NCBI RefSeq assembly: GCF_006345805.1
Contig: NC_043026.1
Location: 5,332,001 to 5,396,000, forward strand
Source of the DNA: Octopus sinensis
Taxonomy: Eukaryota
Length of the DNA: 64,000 nt
Direction: 5' to 3'
Shown: piece by piece, positions 58,255-64,000 of the stretch
Layout: each line of letters begins with the position of its first letter
How positions within the stretch are numbered: the first letter of the stretch is position 1
The notes under the pieces: generated by a model
Told to the model about the DNA's origin: nothing
Seen by the model: the letters and a program-made list of their open reading frames with translations, nothing else
Databases searched by the model: none
Translations under genes and position numbers: made by a program

Positions 58255-59290
58255 ATCAACCATGTTACGGTCGGGATAAAACAGTTTAATCAAAGTAGCC
58301 ACCCTCAACTGCCACCAGAGCCTCAAGGTGTCTCTGGAACCTAGCCCTTGTGTTCCTCGTTGAGTTCCTCAGATGATCTTTGAATGCCTTCTTCATCTTG
58401 GCCATCAGCTCAGACTTTGTGTTGCAGAGAGAGAGCAGTTTGTGTCTTTCCCAAGACACACATAATAATCCATGGATTTGCAATCACGGGGTTTAGAAAT
58501 TAAGAAATGGGGGCTGGTGAAGTCAAAGATATTCTCTGACAACCACTTTTGATTATTTCTGGAAGTATGGAGACATAGTAATCCTGCTGCCACACATATG
58601 GCATTCCAGCAGAAATTTCTCCAGCCGGGGCTTCAACAGAGTCTCCACATAACCGTTTGAATTGACCCAAAAGCCCTGAGGGGTAGCACGATGTCACCCT
58701 CACTCAAGATACACTCAAAGACAGTCACTGTTTTGGGCAACTTTGTTTTTCATGATACACAGCACATCACATGGATTTGTTTTCTGACAACTGTGAATAA
58801 CCAGACAATTCTTGGTTCAACGGGATGCATTACCTTGTTCAGGAGATCTTTTGGCCTTGGTCAGGAGGTCCTCCTTGAACTTGGCTATCAGAATTTGTCC
58901 TTTGCTACCACTCGTGTAGTGGTAGCACAGGTCCTTCTTCAGGATCAGCTTCACAGTGGCAACTCTGACACCCATCTCGCTCACCAAAGCCCACATTCCT
59001 TTGTTTGGGTCTTACATCCCCTTCCCCTGCCGTTGTGGGATGAACCTTGGCATTCAGATCCAGTCAGGACCACTGATGTACCCTTTCCTTCTGGCCATGG
59101 TGTCGTAGTCTCCATTGCAGTTCTCCATGTCACGTGCTACAGCCTTAAAAATGTTCACAAAGCATTGAGCACCAGTCAGGATGTTGGCATTTGGGTACCT
59201 GGGTTGAATCATTATGATACAGGTAACTCGTTTCTAATATGCAGATGCCTGCCACACCTCCATCTCAGCTAACTTTGTTTTTCTCAACGA
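58255..59290 (-). mobile_element. maT/mori-type (DD37D) Tc1/mariner transposase, pseudogenised
   Basis: Minus-strand AGMPYVWQQD, QKWLSENIFDFTSP, DCKSMDYYVCLG, CNTKSELMAKMK and RFQRHLEALVAVEGGYF. The + strand ORF 58691..59272 is its antisense shadow. Confidence 0.85.
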
Positions 59291-59449
59291 TACCTTTGAC
59301 TGATCGCCAACATATCAAGTTGTTCCTTAAGAAACAAGACATAGCAGATCGTCAAATATGACCCAGACATCCAGGTACTTGTATATACAAACATTCTCGG
59401 CTGTACATGCATAGTGTATATATTATCTTTATACACACATTTATCACGG

Positions 59450-59652
59450 AATAGCATTGAGGGAAATCTCCCTACGCAACCCCGAGTGTTAAAGAACACT
59501 GAATGTCTCCGAACAGGCCAGACAACTGTCCCCTACATGAGATAGAATGGTAGATATCGATATTTCCCCATTAATGTAGTTCCCAGGTACTATGCATTCA
59601 GTGTTCTTTAACACCCGTCGTTATGTAGGGAGTCTCCCCAGAATGCTATCCC
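59450..59652. repeat. Imperfect inverted repeat (~57-bp arms, 20-bp perfect core, ~88-bp spacer)
   Basis: GAATAGCATT...GTGTTAAAGAACACTGAATG (59450-59505) versus CATTCAGTGTTCTTTAACAC...AATGCTATCC (59594-59652). Confidence 0.7.
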
Positions 59653-60802
59653 GCAACAAACTGGCGGATAAACAAAACACATACACTATCAATATGCGAC
59701 AGATAAAGTGTGTGTGTGTGTGTGTGTGTGTGTATTTACTACACAAGAATTCACTATAAACGAAATATCAAGTGTTGAACATTTTCAGTGAGTTGATAGA
59801 TACAGAGAGAGGGAGATGTATGATTCTACACGTGTAAATGCATATATGTATATATGCGTACATACATAAATGAGTGTATGTAGAAGTGGTATGCATACAC
59901 ATGTGTGTATATATATACAAATATAAATATTATTGAAAATAATTTTATTGCTCAGCAAGAATAATGCACCATAAAAGGTAGAATTATAAATATAGAAAGC
60001 AGGCGTACACGAAGTACGATCATTGCTAGAAATAGCAGCTGGTAAGCTATTGGCGATATGTAGAGCATCACTGAATGTTTACAGGCAGAGCCGCTAAGTT
60101 ATGGGGATATAAACAAACCAACATCAGCTATCAAGCGCTGGTCGGAGGACAAACACAGACACACACACAAATATAAATGTGTGTGTGTGTGTCTGCGTTT
60201 GTCCACTCATTAGCGCTTGAGAACAGGAGTCGGTGTATTGATGTCTGCATAACTCAGCGGTTCGGCAAAGCAACTGATAGAATACTTACCTGGGGAGGGG
60301 GGTCGAATTATTTGACAAAAACGCTTCAAGGTGAAGCCCCAGCATGGCCGCAGTCAAATGACTGAAACAAGTAAAAGAATAAAAGAATACATGTGTATAT
60401 CTGTTTAGATTGCTTCCCAACTGTGTGGTTCTGGGTTCAATCCCACTGCATGGCACCTTGGGTAAGTGTCTTGTACCATAGCCTCGGGCCAACCAAAGCC
60501 TTCTGAGTGGATTTGGTAGACGGAATTTGAACTCAGAATGTGAAGGTGAACGAAATACTGCTAATCATTTCTCCCGGTGTGCTAGCGATTCTGCCGGGGC
60601 AAGCTTGGAGAGTCGTGAGCAAATCGGACAAGATGCTTAGCGCCATTCCGTCCATCTTTGCGCTCTCAGTTCACATTCTGCCAAAGTTGACATTGCTTTT
60701 CATTCTTTCAGGGTCGATAAAGAAAGTACCAGTGAGGCAGCAGGTGTCAATGAAGTTGACCTACCCCACTAAAATATATATAAATATACATATATATATA
60801 CC

Positions 60803-61190
60803 GTGAGGTATATTTACCACCTAAATGTGGCTAACCCTTAAGGGTTGATGCTACTGTAGCTTGTAGCCCCAGGACGACATTTCCTCTAGCTGGCTATTGA
60901 CACACATTCTGTCCCCTATCAGTATTTGCAAAGGGAAGCCATCGTTCCCTTCTCCAGTGTGACATTATACACATGGACCGGAGTTTCTGGACAGGTCAAT
61001 GCCCAGAAACTCGGGTCCGTGTGTATCACGTCAGGTTGAAGATGGGAAGGACGGCTTCCCTTTGCAAATACTGATAGGGCACAAAAAGTGTGTCAATAGC
61101 CAGCTGGAGGAGATGTCGTCCTGGGGCTACAAGCTACAGTACCATCAACCCTTAAGGGTTAGCCATATTTAGGTGGCAAGTATACTTCAC
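60803..61190. repeat. 388-bp near-perfect palindrome (188-bp arms, 12-nt loop)
   Basis: 60803-60990 versus the reverse complement of 61003-61190: 21 substitutions and no indels by manual alignment (~89%). The loop is ACAGGTCAATGC. Confidence 0.92.
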
Positions 61191-61233
61191 AATGTTGTGC
61201 AGTTACTGTTCATAGCTCGCTCAGAGATTTATG

Positions 61234-61265
<32 letters not shown>

Positions 61266-61450
61266 CCCTCTCTTTCGGTGAGGCACTGAGCAGCTATACG
61301 CACACATACACACACGGCAGTAACTCCCGCCTACCGAATTCAATCACAAAGCTTTGGTTGGCTCAGGGCTATAGTGGAAGACACCTGCCCAACGTGCCAT
61401 GCAGTGGGACTGAACCCAAAACCATGTAGCTAGGAAGCAAGCTCCCGAAC

Positions 61451-61518
<68 letters not shown>

Positions 61519-62399
61519 GAGTGAAAGAGAGACAGACAGAAAGAGAGAAGGACAGAAAGAGACTATTAGCTAGATGGATGTGTAGGCAAGGGCGTGTGTG
61601 CAATGCAGTGGTGTTGGTAGTTGAGGTGAAAGAGATAATGGCAAGGAGTCATTGTTTCCTCTGATATTGCAATCTCTTATTTCTTTGGCAAATCTCAAAG
61701 TTGAAGAGAATTTCACAATAAATGATGGCAGGTGGCAGGGAGGAGGGTCTGCAAACAGGATAAGAGCTGATAGGGGTGCAATATCACAGAAGATATATAA
61801 AGAGGAGTTGGGGGTAGGTAAGGGGGCGTTAATGGGGGTACGGTGTGTGTATACAAGAGCAACAGCTATGATAACTGTGTATGTGTGTGTGTAGTATCAC
61901 TATGTAAAGCCACATGGTTCTGGGTTCAGTCCCATTGCATGGCACCTTGGGCAGTTGTCATCGACTACAGCCACAGGCTGAGAAAAACCTTGTGAGAGGA
62001 TGTGGTAAACGGAAACTGAAAGAAGCCCATCATCTCCAAGTGTGTGTTTGTCTCTCCCCTCCCACTGCTTGACAACCAGTGTTGGTGTGTTCATGTTCCT
62101 GTAACTTAGCGACTTGGCAAAACGAGATTGACAGAATAGGTTCTAGTCTTAAAACATAGTAAGTACAGGAGTTGATTCGTTTGACTAAATGTCTTCAAGG
62201 CATTGCTCCATCATGGGCGTAGTTTAATGACTGAAACTAGTGTAGTACACACACACACACATAAACTGGAAACAAGCTATGTTAGATGATGATTATGATA
62301 CATACATACATATGTACGTACGTATGTCTATATATGTATGTATCAATTTAAAAACTGAAATACATTTTGGCCAAAGACTAGCCCCAACCATGTCTGACT

Positions 62400-62940
62400 T
62401 AATAGCATCCCCTCATAGGATCTATTAAATCGTTTTCAAGTCATATTTGGTGGTATTGAGCCCCATTCACGTAGGGAGTTGTTGAGTGAGATGTACCCAG
62501 GTATTGGGGGTTTCTCTGGTATCCCCTGAGGAAATTTGTCCAGGTTTCATTTAAAGGGAATGGGATAGTATTTTTTTTTCTTTGATTTGTTTTTGGATAA
62601 CATTAAATGGAATAGGGTCCTGTTGAGGAAAAGAATTATATTGCTGTGGATTTATGTGTTGTGATCCTGAATTGTGTAGGGGCCATGTGGCACGTGGCCA
62701 CCCTAGCCCTGGATGTATTCTGAATCAAATATTAATGTTGTTTCAGCAATGCTGGTCATGTATTCGCCACATCGTGCAAGATGGCTTTGGAGAGAATAAA
62801 GTTTCAATGCTTTAATGTGGTCCCAATAATCAAGACGAGTCATACTTTGTATATCTTTAATGATTGCTCTCAGGAGTGACTCATTTCTCTTAATGTTTTG
62901 TTTGGTGTGGGGCAGGGGTGAGGGGCCGTAGGGGGCACCA
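62400..62940 (-). mobile_element. CR1-like LINE 3' fragment (decayed)
   Basis: Minus-strand RLDYWE, LKLYSLQ and NLDKF..GIPE..PIPGYISLNNSLREW, the same terminus type as 40850-41200. Confidence 0.65.
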
Positions 62941-63089
62941 TCATTTTAGGTGTGGCTGCTGAAAAGAGGAGAGTGGGGAAAAATTGCATCTTGCTCTCCG
63001 GACTGGAAAGTTCCGAGGATCCAGGAGCTCGTCCTGCAAGCTATATTGACTTCATTGTTGATGCATAACAAGCATAAGACCGCTGCCCC

Positions 63090-63430
63090 ACCCGTAGGTC
63101 CATTGAGAGACAATAACAGGATTCTCCACCACAACGCTAAAGACATGGCTGAAGTACTACAGAAACAATACTGTCCTGCCTTTAGCGATCCCACTGATAT
63201 TGATGCAAGGGATGTGAACGAGGTCAACCCTCAGCATATTATCTCTACCATAACTGTCTCACACACTGAAGCAGCAAAGAAGACCAAACTGAACACGTGC
63301 AGTTTGCAAAAGAGAATGCCCTCAGCCGACCATATCTCTTCCATCAGAGGACTACTCACAGCATCCAAAAGTAGAGACTTAGGAGTAGCTGTTGGAAACA
63401 GTCTCGACTGGAGTGTCTCATCAACACTAA
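63090..63430 (+). mobile_element. CR1-like LINE fragments, heavily deleted
   Basis: AKDMAEVLQKQYCPAFS (pre-RT KA..LN..F.S-like) and SRDLGVAVGNSLDWS (post-RT DLGV...L.W). Confidence 0.5.
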
Positions 63431-63489
63431 AGTCAATATGGTTCACAGAATGAGCTCCTCGATCCTTAGAACCTGCCAGTCCAAGGTGC

Positions 63490-64000
63490 CAAAATGTCAT
63501 CAGACCATTTCCTCCACCTCTGTCCACCTTACATGACCATGCCAGCACAGTCTATCTTGTACACCACATCCGATGTCTCCAAATTTCTCAGCACATTTCT
63601 TTGTCCTAAAAGCACCCTGGTATTGCACATCCAGTGGAGCATGCTAGTTCTTCTCTTCTATATCTTCTGCATTCAACGCCTAACTTTCACAACTGTGTAG
63701 CTTTGCTGTTTGTATATAGGCATCGTACAACCTACCATTCACTCTGAGAGAAAAGTCTTTCATTACCAACTTACATAAAAGTTCTCTAAGCTTTCTCCAC
63801 TCACATCTTATTCCAGTAACTATCCTTTCAGTCTATCCCCCTCCACTGTTAATTAGCTCACCTAGATAACAGAATCTGTCTACTATTTCTAGGGAGCCTC
63901 AGAGGTATTCCACAACATCTATTTCCCATGTTCTCTTATTACATATTGCTCCTGCACATCTGCCACAAACAACTTCTGTTCTCTCTCTCTTTACATTCCT
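63490..64000 (-). mobile_element. RTE-clade LINE fragment
   Basis: Minus-strand FCYLGELINSGGG, WRKLRELL, FSLRVNGRLYDA and SMLHWMCN, homologous to 3175-3444. Confidence 0.85.

Noticed and set aside
58691-59272. 193-aa plus-strand ORF
   Set aside because: It is the antisense shadow of the maT transposase remnant on the minus strand and has no recognisable motifs of its own.

Overview
Eukaryotic, AT-rich, repeat-dominated window, most likely from an octopus (coleoid cephalopod) genome. That assignment is an inference from the dense (TA)n/(CA)n microsatellites, two abundant tRNA-derived SINE families and RTE/CR1-type LINE debris. Most short ORFs in the track are artefacts of microsatellites or decayed transposons. 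Recognisable debris includes Helitron, pogo/Tigger, mariner (x2), maT/DD37D, Chapaev-like, Penelope-like, Tx1/L1-like, R4/Dong-like, RTE and CR1-like elements. There is one 100-N scaffold gap at 8990-9089. The one substantial host gene is an intronless ~5.7 kb coding block (32082-37795, +). It is split by a single -1 frame change at 32582 into a 167-aa helical N-terminal ORF and a 1737-aa ORF. The long ORF is built from six tandem, highly diverged NHL/TolB-like beta-propeller modules with an internal Gly/Ser (DGSISSx)n expansion; adding one G at 32582 would give a single 1904-aa protein. Around it are signs of local birth-and-death of this family: an inverted 412-bp paralog fragment at 52241-52652 with only frame-preserving indels, and a possible decayed inverted relic at 30612-31020. 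A 43-bp pri-miRNA-like hairpin lies ~340 bp upstream of the gene's putative splice acceptor. Two long near-perfect fold-back elements (5381-5657 and 60803-61190) are also present. All family assignments are by motif recognition; no database searches were run.
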